From the UHGV virus genome UHGV-0198106: DNA of 64,000 nt. One strand, given 5' to 3'. The first letter of the stretch is position 1. Every line of letters begins with the position of its first letter. Position numbers and translations under genes: made by a program. A model generated the notes under the pieces. That model saw only the letters and a program-made list of their open reading frames with translations. It made no database searches and was not told the DNA's origin. This document shows positions 31,017 to 40,312 of this stretch, one piece after another. This DNA comes from a virus.

Positions 31017-31196
31017 TTATGCAGTCAGGAGGTGAAGCAGGAACGGGATAACAACAGCTACGATAACCATGATGGTTGATGCTGTTTGAATCTCACCTTT
31101 CTTATCAGGAGTTTCTTCAATAAGCTTACCAGAAGCCCAATAAATACCACCACCGATAAAGATAGCCCAAATACCCCATACGATTGCTGATAACAT
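31017..31196 (-). CDS. small two-TM membrane protein (59 aa)
   Basis: Not in track; AAGGATAT upstream of ATG; MLSAIVWGIWAIFIGGGIYWASGKLIEETPDKKGEIQTASTIMVIVAVVIPFLLHLLTA. Confidence 0.4.
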   Translation of the reverse strand: MLSAIVWGIWAIFIGGGIYWASGKLIEETPDKKGEIQTASTIMVIVAVVIPFLLHLLTA

Positions 31197-31256
31197 ATAT
31201 CTATATCCTTATAAATAAGTTCGCCCCACCTCGGGTTAGGAGGCAGGGCTTGAGTT

Positions 31257-31820
31257 TTAGTAAGACACATCACCACTGGAATGGGACATGTTACTCTTGA
31301 CGAAGTAACAATACTTGCCAAGACCTTCATTAATTTCTTGAAGCATACTCTGGTCGACAGGATAGGAGGCTAAATCGCCATCAAACTCATCCATCTTCTC
31401 GATAATACACATCAAGGTCATGCACATATCAGAGAGCATACCGTCCATATCTAGGTCAGCATTACCCTCTGAGAACCAAGCGTGAGAAAGATAATTAGCT
31501 GCTGTAGCATCCACCTTAACACAGTGGTATCGCATACGTTCAGCAATACGATCTCCTACTTGTCGTGCGTAATCTTCCAGCTCATCAAACATACCATGAA
31601 CACCCTGAAATCCTGCACCAGAGACGTTCCAGTGGTAGTTTTTAGCTTTGATATGCAAGAGTTCCATGTTAGCTTGTAAGCAGCTCAGGATGTGTTCTAG
31701 GCTGTTTCCACTAATCATACCCTGCATTGTTTCAAGGCGAGAGATTGAAAGCTCAGACCGGTCTAACACACTATAGCTGTCACGACCAATCTCAGGTAAA
31801 TCAAAGACATTCTTATGCAT
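31257..31820 (-). CDS. Dps-like ferritin-fold protein
   Basis: Dps signature NYHWNVSGAGFQGVHGMFDELED; start placed at ATG 31820 after GGAGAAAA (track ORF begins at 31868). Confidence 0.65.
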   Translation of the reverse strand: MHKNVFDLPEIGRDSYSVLDRSELSISRLETMQGMISGNSLEHILSCLQANMELLHIKAKNYHWNVSGAGFQGVHGMFDELEDYARQVGDRIAERMRYHCVKVDATAANYLSHAWFSEGNADLDMDGMLSDMCMTLMCIIEKMDEFDGDLASYPVDQSMLQEINEGLGKYCYFVKSNMSHSSGDVSY

Positions 31821-32142
31821 TTGGGTTTTCTCCATCAAGTTCAACTGAGTTAGCAACGTTACGTGCAATATTATCCATTACCTGCTGGGTAATTACGATG
31901 CAGTTCTGTGGGTCTACTGACTTAGAACGCCCCATTTCAGGGTCATACACCTTAACTCGCTTAGCAGTTGAACCTGTAACCTGAAGAACCTTCAACAGAT
32001 ATCCCTGATTACCGATAGACCAAGCAACAACATCACGATTCTTGATAAAGCGACCAAGCATATCACGATGATAAAACTGTTGCATCACCTTGGATTTTGT
32101 AATCTCTTCAGTGGGCGGGGCCACTTTACTCAAATCTAACAT
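31813..32142 (-). CDS. hypothetical protein
   Basis: Track ORF, 109 aa; 8-nt overlap with the Dps-like start. Confidence 0.45.
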   Translation of the reverse strand: MLDLSKVAPPTEEITKSKVMQQFYHRDMLGRFIKNRDVVAWSIGNQGYLLKVLQVTGSTAKRVKVYDPEMGRSKSVDPQNCIVITQQVMDNIARNVANSVELDGENPNA

Positions 32143-32214
32143 AACTCTCTCCTGTAAAATACAAATTCTTATTGTACTCTATATACATTTGAGAGTTATC
32201 ATATCTACTACCAA

Positions 32215-32409
32215 TTAGTAGTGCACTTTTCCACTGATATAAACACGACCAGAGGAGTACTCCTTGGCCTTATGAATACTAACGCTCTTAGTTAAGTCCC
32301 CATGGAACATAGACTTTTTAAAATCTCGAGCCTGTTGACGAGTAGGTAATGCGGTCATAGTCATACTTCCTGATGCCCACTTAATCTTTGCTAACCAGAA
32401 TTTTTTCAT
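32215..32409 (-). CDS. hypothetical protein
   Basis: Track ORF, 64 aa. Confidence 0.4.
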   Translation of the reverse strand: MKKFWLAKIKWASGSMTMTALPTRQQARDFKKSMFHGDLTKSVSIHKAKEYSSGRVYISGKVHY

Positions 32410-32451
32410 TTATCTTTCATCCACATTAAAAGAGAGATGAAGTAGACTTCA

Positions 32452-33006
32452 TCATACCATATCAGCATGATTTGTTCCACCAAAAGCTTTTGTTGGCCCT
32501 TGTTGATTATTATAGGAACCTTTCGTTGCGTAGCTATCCTCTTCCGAGGAGGAATGTTTAAAGAACTCCATTTGACCTATACGCATCCCCGGTTTAATTA
32601 GCAAAGAGTGGTGCTGTAGGACATTCTTGAATTCCATAGTTAACTGACTGCCATGCCAACCGCCATCAGCATGACCAGCGTGCATGTGCTCTAAGAAGCA
32701 ACGACCGACAGTAGACCGTAGCATGAAGTCACAGCTAATGTTGTCTGGAAGGTTGAATGTCTCCACTGTATGAGCTAAGAAACACTCACCCGGTTTGATC
32801 ACCAACCCCTCCTCTGGAATCATAACCTCATTGAAGTTAGGGGACTCTTTAGCAGAGATATCAACAACCCCATTAGCTGCACCTTCCATCAGAACGCGAT
32901 CTCCAATACGAACATCAATGCTGGAGGAATTAACAGCTGAGTGTGGTGCATCAATAACACCATCGTCAATTAATTTATGTAACTCTGGGCTTCCTAGTAA
33001 ACTCAT
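32452..33006 (-). CDS. dcd: dCTP deaminase family protein
   Basis: Collinear with the Dcd/dUTPase fold: IDVRIGD, IKPGECFLAHTVETFNLPDN, GWHGSQLTMEFKN, IKPGMRIGQMEF. Confidence 0.85.
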   Translation of the reverse strand: MSLLGSPELHKLIDDGVIDAPHSAVNSSSIDVRIGDRVLMEGAANGVVDISAKESPNFNEVMIPEEGLVIKPGECFLAHTVETFNLPDNISCDFMLRSTVGRCFLEHMHAGHADGGWHGSQLTMEFKNVLQHHSLLIKPGMRIGQMEFFKHSSSEEDSYATKGSYNNQQGPTKAFGGTNHADMV

Positions 33007-33027
33007 TCTTATTCCTTAGTTATTTGT

Positions 33028-34314
33028 TCACATTTCAAAAGAGAAACCGCGACCCGATTCATCGGCAAACCGAACTGTACGGGTTTGAGGTTCTAATACT
33101 TCAGGATTATTTGAAACAAATTGATCAGCGCGACTCTCTACCATATCTTCATCAGTCCACACAGCCCTAACAGGTGCGTTGATATCACCAACAGCAAAAC
33201 CCTGACCAGAGAACTGACGTGCGCCGACAGTAAAGCCATTTGATCGACCACGAGAAGGTCTAGCCATCCATTGCTCCATAGAATCGCTTGTAATACCAAG
33301 ATCTTCAAAAGATATTCTACGAGTAGGGCTTACTCTTCGTGACTCTTGTGCTCGACGCATTGTAGGGGATACAAAAACCCCTTCAATTGCATTGTGTCGG
33401 TTAGAGTCTTCTTCTCGACCAAGCAGATCACCACCCGTGTTAGTTGTTAAATTTGTCAACCCTTCAGACCAATACGCATGAATCTGGCTAGAGCTATGAA
33501 TGCTTGACATTAACTGAATCTCTTCATAAGGGATCCCAAAGAATCGACTCATGTCACGATTAACACAATAATGAGCACTTGTTGTATCCTCAATAAGAGC
33601 AACCTGACCTCGTTCGTTGACCAGATGACTAACTGGTTGAGGTGTAGGAAGGTATCGAGTTTGTGCCATATATTGATATGCAACAGATGGATCGGAGAAT
33701 CTTAATACCTGTGAATTAGGCCACTTCTTGTGAACATACTTGATTTCACGACTAGAGACAACCACTGGACAAGGAGAGGTCATAGCCAAATATCCCTGGG
33801 GGGTCATGAACAGCTTGTCAAGAGTCATCGCACCACGGCACATCATAGGAAAATTATCCAATACCTCTTCAATAGAAGTAGGATAATTAAACATGAATTG
33901 GATACGAACCCCATTCCACTGAAACTCAATAATATCAGTGAATGTTAGTTGAGAAGTCCCAGTATACGGCTCATCTGTAGATTCAGCAAGAAGGGATGCA
34001 TATTCAATATCTTGTGATTCTAGCCATTCCTTCACATTACTTTCAACCTCTCGTCCGAGATCTTGCCACTGGTCATGGTGGATAAAGGTATTTCGAGTTC
34101 TTGGGGCCTGTCCTCTGACAATAAAGATATCAATGTCATGAGGTGCTCTGTTATTAAGAACAGCATCACGAACAGCCCCACCAGTGATGATGGGACAAAT
34201 ACAGTCTGGAATCAAGTTGTTGTTAATCAACTGTTCAATGAAGTGACGACCAACAGTGATATCAGGTTGTTGAGCAACCTTATCTGCAATTCGGTTAATC
34301 GGGATAACAATCAT
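33028..34314 (-). CDS. class-II (CCA-type) nucleotidyltransferase with Arg/Ser/Gly-rich tail
   Basis: Head-domain motif IITGGAVRDAVLNNRAPHDIDIF; C-terminal ~150 aa low-complexity RS/RG-rich; start trimmed to ATG 34314. Confidence 0.55.
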   Translation of the reverse strand: MIVIPINRIADKVAQQPDITVGRHFIEQLINNNLIPDCICPIITGGAVRDAVLNNRAPHDIDIFIVRGQAPRTRNTFIHHDQWQDLGREVESNVKEWLESQDIEYASLLAESTDEPYTGTSQLTFTDIIEFQWNGVRIQFMFNYPTSIEEVLDNFPMMCRGAMTLDKLFMTPQGYLAMTSPCPVVVSSREIKYVHKKWPNSQVLRFSDPSVAYQYMAQTRYLPTPQPVSHLVNERGQVALIEDTTSAHYCVNRDMSRFFGIPYEEIQLMSSIHSSSQIHAYWSEGLTNLTTNTGGDLLGREEDSNRHNAIEGVFVSPTMRRAQESRRVSPTRRISFEDLGITSDSMEQWMARPSRGRSNGFTVGARQFSGQGFAVGDINAPVRAVWTDEDMVESRADQFVSNNPEVLEPQTRTVRFADESGRGFSFEM

Positions 34315-34315
34315 T

Positions 34316-34873
34316 TTACATTTTCCAATATAATGAAGGTGGGTCGTAAGGGTCAAATCCTGTGAGTTCACACAAGTATTTATAAACCTTAACAGTTAAG
34401 TTAACGTCCTGTTCACAATAAGTAAACATATCCTCAGTGAAAGCATCCCATGCTTCCTCTTGCTCACCGTAATCACCTTTAAGTTCCCCTAAGAACTCAC
34501 CCCATTGCTTCAAGCCATGACCTCTTGGGCCATGTCTAGGGTCGCCTTTCGGATACTCAGGACTGTCACCAATACGGTCAGGTTTAAGATATCGACTAAG
34601 ACATAAAGTGTCGAAGACGTTAAAACGATAGTCGATCAGATTGGGATACATTTTCTTCAGAGCACAAAGGTCGAAGTCAATAATGTTATGACCTAAGATC
34701 ACATCAGCTTCTGTAAGCTTACGAATCCCATCTTCAATTTGGTGAGGCCGATAGCCCCACCTTTCATCAGTTTCAACATCGAAAATATAAATACACCACA
34801 CTTTGGTTATATCATCGTATAGTGCATTACTCTCGATATCGAATGCAAACACTTTCTTCTTTTTCTTTACCAC
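34316..34873 (-). CDS. 3'-5' proofreading exonuclease (DEDDy), separate gene
   Basis: Exo I FAFDIES, Exo [11 protein letters not shown], Exo III YCEQD; GTG start. Confidence 0.8.
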   Translation of the reverse strand: MVKKKKKVFAFDIESNALYDDITKVWCIYIFDVETDERWGYRPHQIEDGIRKLTEADVILGHNIIDFDLCALKKMYPNLIDYRFNVFDTLCLSRYLKPDRIGDSPEYPKGDPRHGPRGHGLKQWGEFLGELKGDYGEQEEAWDAFTEDMFTYCEQDVNLTVKVYKYLCELTGFDPYDPPSLYWKM

Positions 34874-35121
34874 GGTGAAGCTCCATCTGCTTGACTGACG
34901 AGAGAAGCTGCATCCTCTCCGTTAGTTAAAACGAATGGATTATCTTCGTCAACTTCAAAGTCTTCCCTTTCTACAAGTCTGCCGGTCTCACTGATATACT
35001 TAGTATAACAGACACCTGTCTGACCGTAGTTACGTTCTTTCAGTAATCGAATGACTGAGAGGTTCTTAGCTAAGCCATCAGCTTGCTTGTCACGCTCAAA
35101 GCCAATGATACACTGACACCA
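34867..35121 (-). CDS. primase-helicase, 3' exon (C-terminal segment)
   Basis: Encodes [36 protein letters not shown]..., collinear with the C-terminus of T7 gp4-type helicases; no own canonical start; exact splice junction uncertain by ~20 nt. Confidence 0.55.
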   Translation of the reverse strand, partial: WCQCIIGFERDKQADGLAKNLSVIRLLKERNYGQTGVCYTKYISETGRLVEREDFEVDEDNPFVLTNGEDAASLVSQADGASPW

Positions 35122-35747
35122 CAAAAGTTCAGATATGATCGCTACTCATACCCCGCACCACTACATGCTGCTTACAGTTTCCTGCAAGATCGGACTATCT
35201 CACCACACAAAAGTGTGCCTACTGCTTCCATTTAAGTCAATGTTAATGACACCACTTGGCTGTACTTCGGTCTTATGACCACCCTAGTCTCTGCACTTTC
35301 TAAACAGTCTTCCGTTTATAATTAAAGAAATTGTAACCTCTCTGAACATTCTCAGCGTTGGTTACCCACTCCAAATTAGTTGCCACGTTATTATCTCTTG
35401 TATGGTCCAAGTGATCAATAAATGGATAATTGTGAGGGTTAGGAACAAAGGCAATAGCTACTAGTCGGTGCATGTAGAATTTCTTTCTTTGTCCCGTATC
35501 CATTCTTAAGTAAACAGTTAAATATCCGTTGCCATGTCTGGCCCCTAAGATAACATTGCCTGTTTTACTATTATAAATCGTACCATCAGGCCGCACCCAA
35601 TAATTAGATGCACCTTCTATTTGTTTCTCTTCCATAAAGCCTCCTTGCTCTTGGAAGACTGTCTAGCTTAGCTCAGGATTGGCATATCTTTCGACTTAGC
35701 TTTCCCTGAGTTCAATAGGTTTTACATGCGCAGGTTTGTTTACGCAT
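35122..35747 (-). mobile_element. group I intron candidate carrying an HNH homing endonuclease ORF
   Basis: About 620 nt insertion between helicase motif H3/H4 region and the C-terminal exon; contains a complete HNH ORF; boundaries approximate. Confidence 0.5.
35300..35635 (-). CDS. intron-encoded HNH homing endonuclease
   Basis: HNH_3 motif IDHLDHTRDNNVATNLEWVTNAEN with N-terminal YWVRPDGTIYN module. Confidence 0.7.
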   Translation of the reverse strand: MEEKQIEGASNYWVRPDGTIYNSKTGNVILGARHGNGYLTVYLRMDTGQRKKFYMHRLVAIAFVPNPHNYPFIDHLDHTRDNNVATNLEWVTNAENVQRGYNFFNYKRKTV

Positions 35748-37277
35748 AAGGGAACGAGAACCAGTGAACTGCACTTCACGTACCTGTCCACCTTCTTCGT
35801 GAGGAGCACCACCTGCCGGAGCATTGAGGTGAGATAGAACGAAAGCGGTAAAGTCTAATTCTTTACACATACCAGCAAGCTCGGAAGCAATCTTACTGAT
35901 TTCAGTGTTAATCTCTGAAGGTGTTAAATGAGATACCAGAGCGGTAATGTTATCAAGGATGATAAACTTACACTGGTTTTCAACTACCCAGAAACGGATA
36001 CACTGTTTAATGTCTTCCCATTCGTTCTGTCCGAAGTTGTCATACAAGAAGAATTTGTCTGCATAACGAAGTGCTTCATTACGCAAATCCTCCTCATCAT
36101 ATTCAACATCTGGTCGGTGGAAAGGAATAGATGCTGACTTACCAGCAATGTTCTTAACAGACATGCCTACCTTCTCTTCCAAGAAGAAGCCACCTCCATT
36201 AAAACCATGCTCTAAGCACAGATGAGCAACCAGCTCGTGAGCAATGAGTGTTTTACCACTCCCTACTCCACCACCAATTGCTACCACCTCTCCCCATCGA
36301 ATACCGAAGGTCATTTCATTCAGAGTCTTCCACGGATAGGGGATACCCCATTCTGCTTTCTTCAGAGCATCATCAAGACAATCAAAGATTGTTACAGCAC
36401 CAGCAGGAGATTCCCGCTTTGCTGAATACTTGAGAATGTTGAATAACTCTTGACCACGACCAGACAGAAGCATGTCATTCGCATCCTTAATCTCTTTCTC
36501 CACACCGTTGTATGGGAAAGTTCCTTTAGGAATACGAGCAAACTTGACATGAGGGAATAAAGAACGACCTTTTGTTAAAGCTATCTCACCTGCATCATCG
36601 TTGTCCATGCAGAGCACAACCTCCTCAAAACCATTTACGAAGTCTCGATTACGAGACAACACAGAAGAGATTGAACCTGCACCGAACGGTAAAGAAACAC
36701 ATGCTGGCTTAATGTTTGTTGCATTTGTAAAAGCTGTAAGGACATGGAAACCAGACATACAAGATAGCGGGTCTTCAAAAATGAATAGCTTCTTGTTGTA
36801 CACATCACCACGCTGAGCCTGTGCCATACCAAATAAATCTGCTTCTTTCACACTGCCAACGTAATAAAACTTCTTACTATCTAGCAGTTTAACCTCGTAA
36901 CCAACGATGTTTCCATCACGTTCACGAGGAAAGAAGTAACTGTCTGGTGTCTGACCATCAGTTTGGCTGAGGCCAATGCGACACTCAAAACGCTCTGATA
37001 CGGCTTTAGGGATTAAACGTCGAGTAAGTTCACCCTGAGGAAGCTCTAAGCAATCATCTAAGACTTCTCTCAACTCTTCAGGGGATAACTCTTTCTTCTC
37101 GTTTGGAGTAGGTGTAGTGCCCTTTTCGAACACTTCGTAATTCCCACAACGGTTACAACTTCCCCACTCCTCACCGGTCTCTTCGTTACGGAAGAGAATC
37201 ATGTGGTTGTGGGTTTTATCACGACCATGAGAGATACATTCCTTACAGCCTGTGTCTCCCAAAATGATCTTTGACAT
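35742..37277 (-). CDS. primase-helicase (T7 gp4-like), 5' exon
   Basis: Zn-ribbon (CKEC...CNRCG), TOPRIM CMDNDDAG, helicase Walker A GGGVGSGKT and Walker B FIILDN; collinear with T7 gp4 through QFTGSRSL; track ORF runs on into the intron to a stop at 35712. Confidence 0.8.
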
Positions 37278-37303
37278 GCTCTTCCTCCTTGGAATCCTTG
37301 AGC

Positions 37304-37516
37304 TTAGTAGAACGAACGGATTTCATCCCACACTTGTTCCTGTTCTTTCCTATAAAAAGAAAGTTGGGTCTTGAACATCTCCACTGATGATTCAAAGTTT
37401 TTGGTTTGTGCAGCTTCAACGAAACGCTCGTGTCGGTTGATTTTGCACCGTAACATTAAATACTTGGCTTCAAGCCTCCGAAGAGCCTGCCTTTTCTCAA
37501 AATTCATTTTAGTCAT
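37304..37516 (-). CDS. hypothetical protein
   Basis: Track ORF, 70 aa. Confidence 0.4.
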   Translation of the reverse strand: MTKMNFEKRQALRRLEAKYLMLRCKINRHERFVEAAQTKNFESSVEMFKTQLSFYRKEQEQVWDEIRSFY

Positions 37517-37742
37517 ACTCTACTTCTATATCATAGTCAATATAGGGTAGAAGCTCTAGGAGCTCAGGCGGGAAATCATCTTGAGTGATACGGTCAGTTC
37601 TTGTATTATAGGCTACATCACCTCCCTCAGAGATGGCCCAATCTCCATTCTCTATCTGGGGGATTGTGGAGAAGTTATAAAAAACAATATCAGTATCCTC
37701 ATCATAGAATGCGGATACACATTTTATCTTTTCGAACTCCAT
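37509..37742 (-). CDS. hypothetical protein
   Basis: Track ORF, 77 aa, acidic. Confidence 0.4.
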   Translation of the reverse strand: MEFEKIKCVSAFYDEDTDIVFYNFSTIPQIENGDWAISEGGDVAYNTRTDRITQDDFPPELLELLPYIDYDIEVEYD

Positions 37743-37743
37743 A

Positions 37744-38163
37744 TTAACCCTCGTTTTTTAGATACTCTGACCAGTCTCCTGACTCAACCAGAACATCTTG
37801 TTCTTCGTCGATATGATAAATCCAAGCGATAACAGTTTCACCTGAGTCCATCTTAACAGCAATCTGGGTACGCTGATAGAAGCTATCTTCAGGGCTATGT
37901 TTGTTGTAGCCTTCCAGACGGTCATATGGACCTTCCAGACCTGCTTTGTCAGTAGCAAACACTTCTACACGAACAGGCTTATTGTTATTGCTGTGTGCGA
38001 GAGAGATGCTCGGGAAGTAGGAACCACCGTAACGGAACAGATCGAAGTTATCTTCAGTCCAACCTTCACCAATAGATTTAGCACCAGCTCGGTCATTAAT
38101 TAAATAGTTAGCTTGACCGCTTCTCAAACTTCCATAAGTTGCTACGTAAATTACTTCTGACAT
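37744..38163 (-). CDS. gamma-glutamyl cyclotransferase-like (AIG2/GGCT fold) protein
   Basis: N-terminal YVATYGSLRSG (YGxL) typical of AIG2/GGCT-like proteins; 139 aa. Confidence 0.5.
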   Translation of the reverse strand: MSEVIYVATYGSLRSGQANYLINDRAGAKSIGEGWTEDNFDLFRYGGSYFPSISLAHSNNNKPVRVEVFATDKAGLEGPYDRLEGYNKHSPEDSFYQRTQIAVKMDSGETVIAWIYHIDEEQDVLVESGDWSEYLKNEG

Positions 38164-38232
38164 TATCTATACCTTTGTTGGTTTGTTTAGTTTATCCGAA
38201 CTAGCCCCCTCTTTCGAAGAGGCTAAAGCAGA

Positions 38233-38418
38233 TTACTCTGTAATAAAGATTTTGATTACACCACAGATTGCTGCACTCTCAAACATTGCAACAGCTTCAC
38301 TTCCCTGAAAGAAGGTCACTTTGCCATCAGAGAAGTTAAACATATCAGCATCTAGGTCCATAGCTCGCATTTCACCAGCGGCATTGGTATCTTTAAACAG
38401 AACTTTATACTTATTCAC
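38233..38418 (-). CDS. hypothetical protein
   Basis: Track ORF, 61 aa; 4-nt overlap with upstream gene. Confidence 0.35.
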   Translation of the reverse strand: MNKYKVLFKDTNAAGEMRAMDLDADMFNFSDGKVTFFQGSEAVAMFESAAICGVIKIFITE

Positions 38419-38663
38419 AGATAGGTCACTCCTTTGTCTTGTTGTGCTTCAGCGATGATACGTTCTACACATTCCATAGAATACTTATCACCACGTTTCA
38501 GGAAAGTTACAATTGCAGAGAATTGATTACCAATCATTCGCTGATTAGTAATACCCCATTCCTCACACAACTTACGCAACTCTTTACGAGAGCCTACAAT
38601 CAGAGGCTCTTTTTGTTCCATCATTCCATTTTGTACTAGATCTTCCAATGAAAACATATCCAT
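38415..38663 (-). CDS. hypothetical protein
   Basis: Track ORF, 82 aa. Confidence 0.4.
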   Translation of the reverse strand: MDMFSLEDLVQNGMMEQKEPLIVGSRKELRKLCEEWGITNQRMIGNQFSAIVTFLKRGDKYSMECVERIIAEAQQDKGVTYL

Positions 38664-38669
38664 ATATCC

Positions 38670-39866
38670 TTAGTAGTTTACAACAGTGCCATCATTCAGG
38701 GTAAGGCTATTAATCTGCAACACACGACCAAGCTGACGATCACTAATTGGTGCGTTCCAACCAGAGCGGTAGAAGTTACGACCGCAGAAGAAAACAATTA
38801 CATTACTTGCTACAGTTGAGCCGTTTTCAGGATGCTTGATGTTCGCGATATAATAACCACGACGCAGGGTACGACGGGTGATTGGGTTGATCTCTAACCC
38901 TTGTTCTTCCACTTGCATTGTTTCAGGAACAGGTTCAGATGACTCTTCAGCAACTGGCTCAGCTGTCAATGCAAAGTTCTCATCATCCGCTGAGTCAGCA
39001 AACTCAACTTCCGACTCTTCAACAGGCAGTTCGTAAGCAACGCGGTAGTCAGGCTCAACACCAGAGAAGCTCTTAACAAACTCAACAATGTTGTGAGTGT
39101 AAGTTTCCAGAGTTGTACCAGTCAGACCCGGAGCAGTGTTTACTTCCAGAACCCAAGCGTTAGAGCCTTTACTAATCAGGTCAACAGCGCCGAAGTTTAA
39201 ACCCAGAGCAGACACAGCTTTGTGGGCTTGAATCAGAACTTGATCAGGAGGAGCTTCAGTGAAAGAGTTAGAGTAAACCCAGCCAGTGTGATGGTTGCGA
39301 ATATTTTCACGATAGCTTTCCAGTTCACGATATCCATTACGACGAATCTTCTTCTGAACGTAAGTGATAACACCTTCGAACACATGAACACGCCATTCAC
39401 GACGCGGACCTTGAATACCTTTCGTATACAGAGGAGCACTTGCAGTACCTTCTCCCGGAAGACGTACGGTGATGCCTTCACCAGAATGTCCAGTTAAGGT
39501 TGCACGCTCATAAACGATTTCGTTTTGGTTCCAGCTCTGAGCTACTTCACGATCAACGGTATATTCAACAGTCTTAACTCCAGCCAACCGTAATGCGTTA
39601 AATGCTGCAACTTTATTAGCTGCTCGGTTCAGGGCTTCAACAGGGTTCAGTACGGTTGCACCACCAAAGAAAGAAGCATCATAACGACGGTTGCCATAGT
39701 TTACAACAATATCACCGGCTCGAGAACGATAACGAGAGTTTTCTGATACCAGAGACATTACGTTAGCATTCAGTCGAAGTTCCTGAATCTTAGCATTAAT
39801 AGCAGAAGTAAGTTCACGAACTGAATCAGAAGGGCCATAAGGGAGAACACGGATACGAGTAGTCAT
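38670..39866 (-). CDS. ATP-grasp family ligase
   Basis: ATP-grasp C-terminal motif GAVDLISKGSNAWVLEVNTAPGL; acidic linker plus extra C-terminal domain. Confidence 0.75.
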   Translation of the reverse strand: MTTRIRVLPYGPSDSVRELTSAINAKIQELRLNANVMSLVSENSRYRSRAGDIVVNYGNRRYDASFFGGATVLNPVEALNRAANKVAAFNALRLAGVKTVEYTVDREVAQSWNQNEIVYERATLTGHSGEGITVRLPGEGTASAPLYTKGIQGPRREWRVHVFEGVITYVQKKIRRNGYRELESYRENIRNHHTGWVYSNSFTEAPPDQVLIQAHKAVSALGLNFGAVDLISKGSNAWVLEVNTAPGLTGTTLETYTHNIVEFVKSFSGVEPDYRVAYELPVEESEVEFADSADDENFALTAEPVAEESSEPVPETMQVEEQGLEINPITRRTLRRGYYIANIKHPENGSTVASNVIVFFCGRNFYRSGWNAPISDRQLGRVLQINSLTLNDGTVVNY

Positions 39867-39868
39867 TG

Positions 39869-40093
39869 TTAGATACCTTTAAGTTTAAGAATTTCGTTAC
39901 GAGTTTTTTGAATCTGAGCTTCAATTTCGAAGTAGTCATTGAACGCATCGTTCTCTACTTCATCGGATGGTGCATCAATCAGACCGAAAGCGAACGGATA
40001 CAGCTTTCGCTGCTCCGTTACTAATTCGATATGAACTCCTATGTAATACTGTAGGAGAGTAATCTTCGGTTTCTTAGGAACCAGATTTGACAT
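39869..40093 (-). CDS. hypothetical protein
   Basis: Track ORF, 74 aa. Confidence 0.35.
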   Translation of the reverse strand: MSNLVPKKPKITLLQYYIGVHIELVTEQRKLYPFAFGLIDAPSDEVENDAFNDYFEIEAQIQKTRNEILKLKGI

Positions 40094-40307
40094 GAGGTTC
40101 TACCTTAATGCCTTTGATTTTTACATAATCAGCAAGTACGTTATTGATCACCGTTGGGAACGGAACCTCAACCTGTGTCTCAAGTACTTGACCAATACCA
40201 GCTTGCATCCACTTCTGGATTGCACGAAGGTTGTCACATCCTGTGCTCGTCATCGGGATACGTCGAGTAGTTACAACATTATCCAACATCATCTTACGAA
40301 TTTCCAT
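40074..40307 (-). CDS. hypothetical protein
   Basis: Track ORF, 77 aa; overlaps neighbour. Confidence 0.35.
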   Translation of the reverse strand: MEIRKMMLDNVVTTRRIPMTSTGCDNLRAIQKWMQAGIGQVLETQVEVPFPTVINNVLADYVKIKGIKVEPHVKSGS

Positions 40308-40312
40308 CTGAT

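Noticed and set aside
31058-31330. Track ORF of 90 aa overlapping the Dps-like gene
   Set aside because: Starts inside the Dps-like coding region without an RBS; an alternative-frame 59-aa two-TM ORF (31017..31196) with a proper RBS explains the region better
34867-35124. Independent 85-aa gene starting at TTG 35124
   Set aside because: Sequence is collinear with the C-terminus of gp4-type helicases and lacks its own RBS; reinterpreted as the 3' exon of the interrupted primase-helicase
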